From positions 2,294,132 to 2,358,000 of the forward strand of contig CM106586.1 in the NCBI GenBank assembly GCA_048013815.1: 63,869 nucleotides of DNA, read 5' to 3'. Both the position numbers and the translations under genes were made by a program. The stretch comes from Setoptus koraiensis (lineage: Eukaryota; Animalia; Arthropoda). Each line of letters begins with the position of its first letter. Within the stretch, counting starts at the first letter, position 1. The notes under the pieces were generated by a model that saw nothing but the letters and a program-made list of their open reading frames with translations, searched no databases and was not told the DNA's origin. Below, piece by piece: positions 1-10,414 of this stretch.

Positions 1-3000
1 AAGTCTCATCAAAACCATGACTTTTTCACCATGCACGTTTGTTTGGCCCATGCACCCACTGCAACACGCACTGGCACTGGCACTGGCACACAACAGCCAA
101 CAATAGGCAATACCGGTGCTAGATGGCATCTAATCTGGGCTGGCACTAGCTGAAAAATGATCCCATCAGGCGCCCCCTTTTCTCATGCCTTCTCTCGCTC
201 CTCACATAGTAGAAATAATAAATGAATGAATGAATTTGCCATCTCGCTGGCTCTCAAATGAGCGAATGAGTTACCAGAGTCACCCTACAGAGAGCAATTG
301 ACTTGTGGGACCCAGACTGAAACTCGTGGCGCAAGTGGTGCCATGCTAACTTGCGAAAACGCCAACTTGAAGCCTTCTTTTCTTTTTCTAGTTTCATATT
401 TTCATATTATCGAATTATTTTATATTTGATGCGCTAAAAGAAGAGAACGATAAAAGATGCTGGGCGAGAACAGAAATGGATATATGCTGAAATGGCCTTT
501 CAGATATTGAAACCGGCTCGCAAAAACTATGAGAAAACTCGATAGCAGTTGAGCAAAGTTAAGCTGAGCAAACAATAACAAGCTGCCAGCTTGGATGACT
601 TAATATATCATATTAATTTCAAATGTCATCTTTCTCGAGGTGAAAGAATCGATAGGAGGCCGAGCTGCCTACTCACAGTTCACGCAACCAAAACACTTGG
701 CTTTCTCGACGACATCCCTTTTAACCTTTGGCGAGCCTCTTATATTTCGCTCATTTAGTTTTATCTATATTATCTATCTTACTCGATCATTCTAAAACTT
801 CTATCGTCAGACTCTAGTTGAACCAATATAAACTTTACATAACTTTACATAATACAATCATCTGCAAATTTGATTGATCACCGACAAGTATCTTTCGTGC
901 TCATATAAACAACTATTTTTCTGAATAAAACATTCACCTATCATCGTTGTCGATCACATGAGCTCGCAGATCATTCTATCTCATCTCATCTTGCTCAATG
1001 CCACCAAATGTAGACGATCGTTTATCGCGTCTGCACACTGTCTGTTCATTTTTGCATTCTTAGAAAAGAAAACTTTGATGCAAGATGGAATAAAATGTTT
1101 ATGTACTACGTCATTGGATAATTTATTCACCTTTAAAAACTTTTCTCCACTAGTTTACATAAGAATAAAAGTAAACATTCAACAACAAACGACACAATAA
1201 TTGGTGATGATGATATCCATTTAACTATTCGAGAAAAGGGCAAGACATTTTTAGGGACCAAAATTGAACGTCGATTGTACGGTATTGGGTAAACGACAGC
1301 ACGTTGTGTTCAAGTTAAAAGTTGCAAGAGAAAGATTTTGTGTAGAGTGGCCAACTACAATAGAGCCTCTATAATGGGGGCACGTCACCAGTGAGATTTC
1401 TTCTCGTGAGAAATCTTACGAAACATAATTGGCTTCGGGTCTTTAGTAATTGCGCAACTATCGGTTCTCATGACATCGCATGCTCGCAAACGTGCTGTTA
1501 GATCCTTTTTTCTATATCTATTGCTATTGAGTTTGATTCAAGCTGATGTTATATTTGGTTGACCTATACAAATACCTAGGGCAATTTGTAGAATGGTTTG
1601 CCACTATGCGAGCGTGGCTGACTTTTTTTAAGAAACGGACAATGACCATTGTGAGGGACACAGGAAACTTTTCCTTTGTGATTGGGTGGCCTACAAAATG
1701 ATCTTGTGCAATGGTGGTTCCCATTGCAAGACCAACGGGAATCAAGTTGGATTATTTTGTCAGTGGGGACGAGCAATCGTATTTGCAATTATTCTATCTG
1801 CTTTTCTATCACCGGTATTTGGTGTCTGGTGTAATTGACACGCAGTGAACAACAATAAGGCATCAGGACAGATTTGAATCAATTATGTGCAATCAATTAT
1901 TTATTGATCACAGTGTGTGAATGTCAGGTATTTGTGTTGTGTTTTTGTAGTAGTTAGTTAGGTATAAGTTGGGCGTTAGTTTAGGCGAGTTTAGTAGAAA
2001 CAATTGATGATGGATGACAGATGAGGGCTGCCAATGGAAGATAAAAGATTAACATGGGAGCAGGTTGAATAGAAAAGAGATTGATTCATTTACTTGTGTG
2101 GTATGTAGTATGTGGTATAGAGGGGGATTTGGACAAAATGTTTGTGCATCGATCACTAGTACCACCGAACTTGTAACGTTGATATCAAAAGAGATCAGCG
2201 AGACAAGATGAGAGTAAAATGAGTGTAAGATGAGTGTACACTGGCTACAAACAACAACATATCATGTATTATGTAACAAACATACACATAAACTCGATAG
2301 TTGCAGACAACACGAAAAAAAGGGAACCAATGATGCAACCGATTGGAGACTGTTGAGATGTTGTTTGGATGCTGTTTTGGTTTGGAACGTGCACCATGAG
2401 AGCAGCCACTGATAAAACTAATGGCCCATGCAAATGATGAAAGCGAGTAAAATATATACTGTGTATATAACTGTGGATAAATAAGTTAACTCGCTATTAT
2501 AGATGTTTGTCCATGATAGTGTTATTAGCTCTTTGTCTTTGTCTTTGTCTCAGTCTCTCTCGTGATGTGCCCAGACCGAGCAAGACAATTGGCAATTGAA
2601 TTCGCTAGCCATACAATGAGGCCCAACCAGCGAAACAACATTAGCAGTGATGATAGTAGTTGTATAAAGAGTAGATGGCAAAAAGATTGCAATGGAGTCA
2701 AGGCGAACCGAGGCGACTCGAAACGACTCGAAACGACACACACACACACACAACAAAACAAAACCAAACCAAACAAGAGAAAACAAAACTGGCCAACAGA
2801 AAAGAACATAAGAGGACTAGAGAAAACTAAACAGAACGGAAGTTTCAGTGATCTCCGATCAATCACGTTGGTGTTGTATAGTTAGCCTAATCTAGCTAAT
2901 AAGATGCTCTTATCGCTTCAACTACTTTGGGCCAGATTATATATAGAATATATCATCGGGCCGATGCACATTACTGGGCACAAAATGTGTGACAATTTGC

Positions 3001-3933
3001 ATGCTATTGGGCATGCATTGCGTTCGTGTCAAACACTGAATAAATGTAAAATAAAGTTATACACAGCAAGAGGGAGAGAGAGAGAGAAGTGTCATCTAGT
3101 TGACACACACAACCATTTGTGTGTCATATTCATATTGCCAACAAGCTATGTTGTAATCGAATGAGTGATGTTATCAGAGTGTTAATGTTGCATGAGGAGC
3201 CTCATTAGTAATTGATTCGTATCCAAAAACATAACCAACTACGACGAAGAGAATTAATGAGCGCTAGTAATTGATTAATCGAGCTAATTAAATACGCAAC
3301 TTGCTATACGATATCGCGTCGAAAAGTGCCACCAGTAGCAACACCAATAGTGACACCAATATCAATGACTGATATCACGCAAGATGAAAAGCAGATAAAT
3401 GTATAAATTGGCTATTCTCCAAGCAACAGAGGTAACTACTTTACTTTGGTTAGTTGGTTGTGTTATATGATCGAGTCATGCGGCTGCTGTTGATATTACG
3501 TGTTACAGCAGCCATGTTTATATCACGTATAGTCAGCGTATGATTATTATGGTATGAAGATGTGAATGAATGAGATATTAAGGAGATCTTAAGAAGGCAA
3601 CAGCGAACCAAAGCGAGCGAATGTGTGAGGGCCGGCAGTTGTTGTGATTGTGCCACAATGTCACTATGTAATTATCATGGTGATGATAGTGGGAGCCACT
3701 GAACTTGATGACGCGCCGTAATATTAATATTATTTTTATCATCACACACTGATGAAGACACATTGTAGTAGCGAATGGTAGTGGTAGTGGTATTACGTAA
3801 CATGGATATAAACAATAGCATGGCAGAGATGGCAGTATAAATAATGATAATAACAATAACATAAGAACAGAAATATTATGTAATGTTATGTTATATCATA
3901 TTAATTATCCTCACCGCACACATCATTATCATC

Positions 3934-3935
<2 letters not shown>

Positions 3936-3976
<41 letters not shown>
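3936..3976. repeat. (TG)n microsatellite
   Basis: About 20 uninterrupted TG units. Confidence 0.95.
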
Positions 3977-3979
<3 letters not shown>

Positions 3980-4263
3980 TTATGACTCTTGCCTCTGAGG
4001 TCTAGTTACCAAGTGTAACACTGATATAAGTTTAAGCTCTCGCATCGCACAACACTCAAACAGTGCTCAAATGCTACTCAAACAATACACCAACAACAGT
4101 CGGCTCTGCAGCTAATTGCACAATTTATTTAATTATTATTATTATTTGTTCGTTGATCGCTTTTTGTGACATCATTGCACGCAAATACTTGAAAAAACAA
4201 TAGATGGACACATCTTTGCATGCGCAAATCAATTCAAAATCAATTATAGGGGCAAGGACTTAC

Positions 4264-4365
4264 CTATCACAGGAAATGGCAGTTAGTGTGAACACGCTGG
4301 CAGAAATGGATAATATTGCAATAAAGTTTGATATTCTGCAGTAAAATGGACCGAATGGCCAGTGG
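4264..4365 (-). CDS. TkR99D: Tachykinin-like receptor, exon 2 (ECL1-TM3 up to the DR of DRY); later exons not found in the window
   Basis: Not in the ORF track; read by hand. Acceptor aaacag|, translates (S)HWPFGPFYCRISNFIAILSISASVFTLTAISCD(R), donor AG|GTAAGT. Phases are consistent with exon 1. Confidence 0.9.
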
Positions 4366-4467
4366 CTGTTTGTTGATAGAGTAATAGAAATGGAAATGAT
4401 TTTAATAATCAATTACAATGACGACCGGTCAATAGTAAATAATTAAATTAAATTAAATTGTAGTTAC

Positions 4468-4832
4468 CTGTTCAACATGCTAATAAAGTTGAATATTACA
4501 TTTAATGTAGACACCATTGTATCGGCAAAGCTGAGATTGACTAGAAAATAATTTGTCACTGATTTCATCTCACGATTGGCTATAACTGTATAAATAACAA
4601 TAGTGTTACCTCCGGCAGCAACAGCAATCATAGGCAAGTATATTGATATCCAGAAGAGCTCCTCTTCAAATGATAACGAAGTGAACACTTCCTCTAGTTC
4701 GCCATTGAGGCCAGTGCTGGTATTTTGCTGTAAATTGATAGGAGTCACTGGTGACAAAGTGGCGGCCTCCATCACGCTAGCGTTGTCTATAGCATCATCA
4801 AAAGTTGAATTGAAAATATTGTTTTTATCCAT
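4468..4832 (-). CDS. TkR99D: Tachykinin-like peptide receptor (class A GPCR), exon 1: N-terminus, TM1, TM2
   Basis: ATG at 4832. GN..V in TM1 and VTNYFLVNLSFADTMVSTLNVIFNF in TM2 are typical of tachykinin receptors and closer to recalled TkR99D than TkR86C. Donor AG|GTAACT, intron 4467-4366. Confidence 0.85.
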
Positions 4833-6892
4833 ATTTCATGTGAGCAATTTCATGTGTGTGTATGTGACGAGCAATTTGACGACGACGAGTTTTCTAAAAA
4901 GTTTGCATTATTTTTTCTGTCTTCATTAACTGTACATTGAACTATCTACTAACTAACTAACCAACTAACTAACTAACTAACTGATGTGATGCTATTACCA
5001 TTATTGATGAATGATTTGACTTTGGTGCCACTAACAAGTTTGAGCGAGCAGCTTCAATTGATTCAATTGGTTGACGACCACGACCACGACGACGTCTAAC
5101 AAATAAATGCGACTCAACTGCGCCAGATGCATAATCATCGAGCTGCGCAGTGCGCACTAATCTAGCTTGCCAAAATATATTAGAGGCACAGTGACGAGTG
5201 ATTAATGTGGCGCAGCTTCATCAATTGCTCGCTTGCTCGGAGTAAGCGTGCAAATGGCAACAGCGGCCAGATATATTTCAATACAATAACTAGCTCCAAT
5301 GGGCAACTGAAACCAGAAGTGAGAGCCAGAAAAAAAGCTAAACTAACTAACTAACTTTCAACTCTTGCTCTTGCTCTCGTGAATGCCTCTGCTCATGCCA
5401 AATGGCGCCAAACTTCCTATTTTGTGTACAGCCAAAACAGCGAGCACCTAGCGACAACTTTGCGACTTACTGAAGCTGGTAACCGGTTCAGTGCTGCCAT
5501 CTAGTAGCAATAGTTCTCTTACAAATATGTTATGAGGGAATGGAATAATAAGACAGTTGCAGAGAATATACACGAATATTTTTCTATTTTTATTTTTCAC
5601 TCACTGACAATCTGTGAGAGATGCTTCAGTAACTTGCAACCGAATACACTATACTATAGATTATATATTGAACAAAGAATGAATCAGACATTTAATAGAC
5701 AAGACCAGCCATCTCGATGATAGAGAAACAACATTAAGACGTTTCATATGATACTCGCATATGATATCGCACACACTAGATTCACTGTAGTCTGTAGTGG
5801 AAAAAAAAGAATCTTAAAGGAAGTGTCTCGCAAAGTTGGAAGTAATGGATTAGTGATTATAAGAGTGTTGCACAAGATGTATAGAGAGCTCGAAGAAATG
5901 TTCATAATCTTTTGTAGCGTAGTGTTGCAATGGAATAGAATGGAGTGAAGTGGAGTTAAGTCAAGTGAGCTGTCACCAGCCAAGTGAATAGTCACCAAGC
6001 GGCAAGTTTTAATAGATAAAGATAGATATAAGAGCATTGGTTATCGAGCTAAAGAAGCGGCCGCTTGTCCTCATTACATGTTATTCGATTCGACGAGGCA
6101 GCCGATAGCAAAATGTCGCTGCTGTCGCTTCTGTCGCTGCTGTCGCTGTTGTCGCTGCTGTTGTCATTGTTGCATAGGAACATACTTTTTATGTAATAAT
6201 AGCACGTTGGCGCGCTTGGCATAAACGAACAAATGTAAAAGTGCAATTGTTCATTTGTTGTTGAACGACAACAACAACAACAGAATAAGTGCACAGCGAG
6301 AAAATTAATCATTCATTACATTAGATATTCATCGAATGGTTTAATTGTTAACTCTCACCGCTTCAGCATTCATCAATTCGTGAACTTTTCATTATTTCAT
6401 GTCACGTGAAACTGCTTGAAATTATCTTAGCTTACAATTGTTAGCCTAGAGGCATATGTTTGAAAAGGTATTCATCGAATGGTTGTTAACTCTCAAATGT
6501 AAATCAGCATATTATCATCTGCACCACATAATGAAGCTCACAGGGAATGAATAATTGATTAGTTGATTGGTTGTGCTAACATTTTATTCTGGGTGCAAAT
6601 CTGCCAATGTCTTGTTGGGCCGAAGTTATACAAAAAGACGCGAGGGGCGCTGGCAATGTAACAGCATGCGATAAATGGGCGCCAAATAAAATGAAAAATT
6701 GATCGTGTCAGAGCGATTGTTGCCCACTCCCCAATAAGGCCACAAGTTGTGGCCATATTGGGAGTGGCAACGAGAATGCGATGCGCTGTAACAAATAACT
6801 CCACGCCGGATCGTGAAAATGTCCGCCAGGGCGGCGCTGCACTGCCTATTGCCTATTGCCTATTGCCCGAATGGCAATAAGGGCAATAACAC

Positions 6893-7027
6893 AGTGAGGG
6901 AGTGAACGGGAGGACATGGGAGATGATGGGAGACAATGGGAGCGGCGTTCCGGCAGCCTGTCCCGCGGCTTCTCTCCCCACCATTCTCTCCCATGTTCTC
7001 CCATGTCCTCCCGTTCACTCCCTTACT
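6893..7027. repeat. Inverted repeat (foldback) with 31-bp arms and 10-bp-phased GGG runs
   Basis: 6893-6923 is the reverse complement of 6997-7027 with 1 mismatch. GGG at 6898, 6908, 6918, 6928 and 6938. Confidence 0.9.
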
Positions 7028-7210
7028 GCCTTACTGCCACTATTGCCGCTATTGCCCGCACACTAGCAAAATGTGATCAGCGCCTCTGTTGGATATTTCA
7101 TGAAACATCGGTGCACGTTGAAATCAGCGCGCACTGTTTGTGTGCAGAAAATGCACTGTGGAAGGCAGCGTAGCATAATCTGTACTGCAGATTGTGTGGC
7201 TGTCGCTCCT

Positions 7211-7216
7211 TATAAA
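7211..7216 (+). promoter_or_regulatory. Candidate TATA box of beta-tubulin
   Basis: TATAAA 125 bp upstream of the ATG; position only, no TSS data. Confidence 0.4.
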
Positions 7217-7335
7217 GCAGTTGGTTTTACACAATACAGATTACAGTACAATACATTTTATCACAGTAATAATAAATTTAATAATAATTCTATCAATTAA
7301 ATCGTCGTCAATTTAAGAGCTAAAAATTAATAAAA

Positions 7336-8673
7336 ATGCGTGAAATAGTTCACATTCAGGCCGGCCAATGCGGCAATCAAATCGGAGCAAAATTTTGGGA
7401 GGTGATATCAGATGAGCACGGCATAGACCCCACTGGTGCGTACCACGGCGATCACGAATCTCAACGGGAACGACTGAACGTCTACTATAACGAATCGTCG
7501 TCGGGCCACTATGTGCCGAGAGCCATTTTGTTGGACTTGGAGCCGGGCACCATGGATTCTATTAAATCTGGACAATTTGGTGCCATCTTCAGGCCAGACA
7601 ACTTCATATTCGGCCAATCCGGTGCCGGTAACAACTGGGCCAAAGGTCATTACACGGAGGGGGCCGAACTAGTAGACACTGTACTAGATGTTGTTCGCAA
7701 AGAGGCGGAGGGATGTGATTGTCTACAAGGCTTTCAATTGTGTCACTCACTAGGAGGTGGAACAGGATCAGGTATGGGCACACTGCTAACGTCGAAAATC
7801 AGAGAAGAATATCCAGATAGAATGATGGTAACATTCAGTGTTATGCCATCTCCCAAGGTGTCTGACACAGTTGTTGAGCCTTATAATGCAACATTATCTG
7901 TACATCAACTTGTTGAAAACACAGACGAAACATTTTGTATAGACAACGAGGCTCTCTATGACATTTGCTTCAGAACACTGAAGTTATCTACGCCCACTTA
8001 CGGCGATTTGAATCATCTTGTCTCAATGACAATGTCTGGCGTAACAACATGCTTTAGATTCCCTGGTCAATTGAATGCTGATCTGAGAAAGTTGGCAGTC
8101 AACATGGTGCCTTTTCCGCGTTTACATTTCTTTATGCCTGGATTCGCCCCTTTGACATCGCGTGGTATGCAATCATACAGAGCTGTTACAGTGCCTGAGC
8201 TTACCCAACAGATGTTTGACGCCAAAAATATGATGGCTGCTTGTGATCCGCGACAAGGAAGATATCTGACAGTAGCTACAATATTCCGTGGATTGATGTC
8301 GATGCGTGAAGTAGACGACCAGATGATGAACATCCAAAATAAATACAGCTCTTATTTTGTTGAATGGATACCAAACAATGTCAAGACTGCTGTATGCGAC
8401 ATTCCACCTAGAGGTCTCAAGATGTCTGCTACATTCATTTGTAACTCAACCGCTATACAACAGCTTTTCAAGCGCATTTCGGAACAATTCACCGCTATGT
8501 TCCGTCGTAAAGCTTTCCTTCACTGGTACACTGGCGAGGGTATGGATGAGATGGAATTCACAGAGGCTGAATCCAACATGAACGATCTAGTGTCAGAATA
8601 CCAGCAGTACCAAGAGGCCACTGTCGACGACGAAGGAGAATATGATGAAGAGGAACAATCGGAAATGGCATAA
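7336..8673 (+). CDS. betaTub: Beta-tubulin, intronless, divergent paralogue (445 aa)
   Basis: MREIV start, GGGTGSG GTP-binding motif, [11 protein letters not shown], acidic tail [15 protein letters not shown]. Confidence 0.99.
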   Translation: MREIVHIQAGQCGNQIGAKFWEVISDEHGIDPTGAYHGDHESQRERLNVYYNESSSGHYVPRAILLDLEPGTMDSIKSGQFGAIFRPDNFIFGQSGAGNNWAKGHYTEGAELVDTVLDVVRKEAEGCDCLQGFQLCHSLGGGTGSGMGTLLTSKIREEYPDRMMVTFSVMPSPKVSDTVVEPYNATLSVHQLVENTDETFCIDNEALYDICFRTLKLSTPTYGDLNHLVSMTMSGVTTCFRFPGQLNADLRKLAVNMVPFPRLHFFMPGFAPLTSRGMQSYRAVTVPELTQQMFDAKNMMAACDPRQGRYLTVATIFRGLMSMREVDDQMMNIQNKYSSYFVEWIPNNVKTAVCDIPPRGLKMSATFICNSTAIQQLFKRISEQFTAMFRRKAFLHWYTGEGMDEMEFTEAESNMNDLVSEYQQYQEATVDDEGEYDEEEQSEMA

Positions 8674-8759
8674 GTATTCAGTAATACGGGAACGCATGAG
8701 GATCTCAAATGATTAGCTTATTATATCATTGTATCACTGTTTTTATGATCTTTGTTGTA

Positions 8760-8768
8760 TTTAATAAA
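8760..8768. terminator. Overlapping poly(A) signals: AATAAA (+, 8763-8768) and ATTAAA (-, 8760-8765)
   Basis: TTTAATAAA lies in the 147-bp gap between the convergent beta-tubulin and RMND1 stop codons. Confidence 0.55.
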
Positions 8769-8820
8769 TATCATATTATTGGATCACGCCAAGGGGCGTT
8801 CAAATTCTGTTTACTACACA

Positions 8821-9792
8821 CTACATAAAGTGCGCAATTTCAAAGAGAACCTCAATCATAATTAAAACTATTATCATCCATTCCAACCTAACATGATGAT
8901 TGTCATTCATGTGTGACGATAGTAGGTCCATCAACTCATAACAATGATTCAACTTTTCATTCATGACAGAGGTGCGTTTTCTCACATTCATGTAGGATAT
9001 TGTTTTGATGAATATATCTTCAAGATCTTGTCTATCCCAATAAAAATCTGGAGTATCGAGGAGATCAGAATTCAGATTCAGCTGGTGTTTCAATTCGAAC
9101 AACTCCCCGGTCTTCCTAAACACCTGATCACGGGTAAGATTGATCTTACTTCCCGATTTCATGCAGTTCGTAACCCAACCGATAGATTGGATGTAATCAT
9201 CTAGTAGAGATTCCCATATACCCAATTTTACCGACAGGGCTATGGCATGCGAAAAGGCAAATTGTTCCAATTGCCTGGCCGAAATGTTTGAGCTCAGTAC
9301 TATGTTACCCTTTAAAAGTTTGCTTTTTTCAATTTCATCATCATATTTATAATCGAGCTGTTCGCTTTCCTCGGCAATGATTGCACTTGAGTAAGGATGG
9401 ACTTTCAATGGATCCAAGGCAGACAAAATTTTTTGTTGGTCCTCGTTAGAGACATTCCAAAAGACAGCTGAACCTTTATCGAATAAAAAAATATCCTGAC
9501 TAAGATTTGATTTGGCTTGCAAATGAACCACTTGATTCATAGAGTCCGGTGGCAGTGTGATATTGTGATATGGTTTGAGCGAGGCCAATACACTCGACAA
9601 TCTGTCTAATCTCAATTCCTCGCAAACATTGAATGCATCCACTGACAAGTATTTGCTCTCCTCATCTCTGAACCCGTACTTATTCCATTTCCTTCTGCGT
9701 GAGATCTCTGTTGGCACATCATTGAAAGAAGAGAATTTTCGAAGCGTTCCAGGTGCCAGTAGACTTTTGATAATAAATCTAACAGATTGCAT
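8821..9792 (-). CDS. RMND1: RMND1-like (DUF155) mitochondrial protein, intronless, 323 aa from the first ATG
   Basis: FLFDKGSAVFWN, AFSHAIALSVKLGIWE, DTPDFYWD and C-terminal RLEWMIIVLIMIEV match the RMND1/Sif2 family. The ORF track starts at a TTG (9825); the first ATG is 9792. Confidence 0.9.
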   Translation of the reverse strand: MQSVRFIIKSLLAPGTLRKFSSFNDVPTEISRRRKWNKYGFRDEESKYLSVDAFNVCEELRLDRLSSVLASLKPYHNITLPPDSMNQVVHLQAKSNLSQDIFLFDKGSAVFWNVSNEDQQKILSALDPLKVHPYSSAIIAEESEQLDYKYDDEIEKSKLLKGNIVLSSNISARQLEQFAFSHAIALSVKLGIWESLLDDYIQSIGWVTNCMKSGSKINLTRDQVFRKTGELFELKHQLNLNSDLLDTPDFYWDRQDLEDIFIKTISYMNVRKRTSVMNEKLNHCYELMDLLSSHMNDNHHVRLEWMIIVLIMIEVLFEIAHFM

Positions 9793-10225
9793 TATTGTAG
9801 ACGACGATGACACAGACAAACGCAATCAAAACAATTGATTACACTGATTACAATTGGAACGAAATCAGGTGTACACTGCAACAACTGCACAATGAAATTG
9901 ATCAGCTGATGCGGTGCTCATGCGCAAATCAAGTCTGCTGCAGTGAGGGAATAGGTTACCTCTATCGTTCGCTTATGGTTGTGCGGTGTTATACGCATAG
10001 GAATACGCACACACCAATTATCTTGTAGCTACCTAATTTGCCGCACACAGTTAGACTTTGGTCATTGCGCATCGCTGCGGCGCGCATATCCACACGATGT
10101 ATTTATTGTTGTTGTTGATGCTTCTGCTGATGCTGCTGTTAGCCTCGCTTTTCTATGGCCTCTTACTGTATATACTGTAAATGGGCATGGCGATCAACAC
10201 AACCATCAACAGAAACCAAATAGCC

Positions 10226-10414
10226 GAACGAACGAACGAACGAGCGAACGAACGAGCGAACGAACGAACAAGCGAACGAACGAACAAGCGAACGAACGAA
10301 CAAGCGAACGAACGAACAAGCGAACGAACGAACGAACGAACGAACGAACGAACGAACGAACGAACGAACGAACGAACGAACGAACGAACGAACGAACGAA
10401 CGAACGAACGAACG
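10226..10414. repeat. (GAAC)n tetranucleotide array with GAGC/AAGC variants
   Basis: About 190 bp of GAAC units; source of the RSFV/TNER ORF artefacts. Confidence 0.97.

Noticed and set aside
1500-1850. Plus-strand frame with hydrophobic stretches (LLLLSLIQADVIFG; AIVFAIILSAFLSPVF) and Cys-rich minus ORFs
   Set aside because: Interrupted by several stops, no recognisable family, and not the missing GPCR exon 3.
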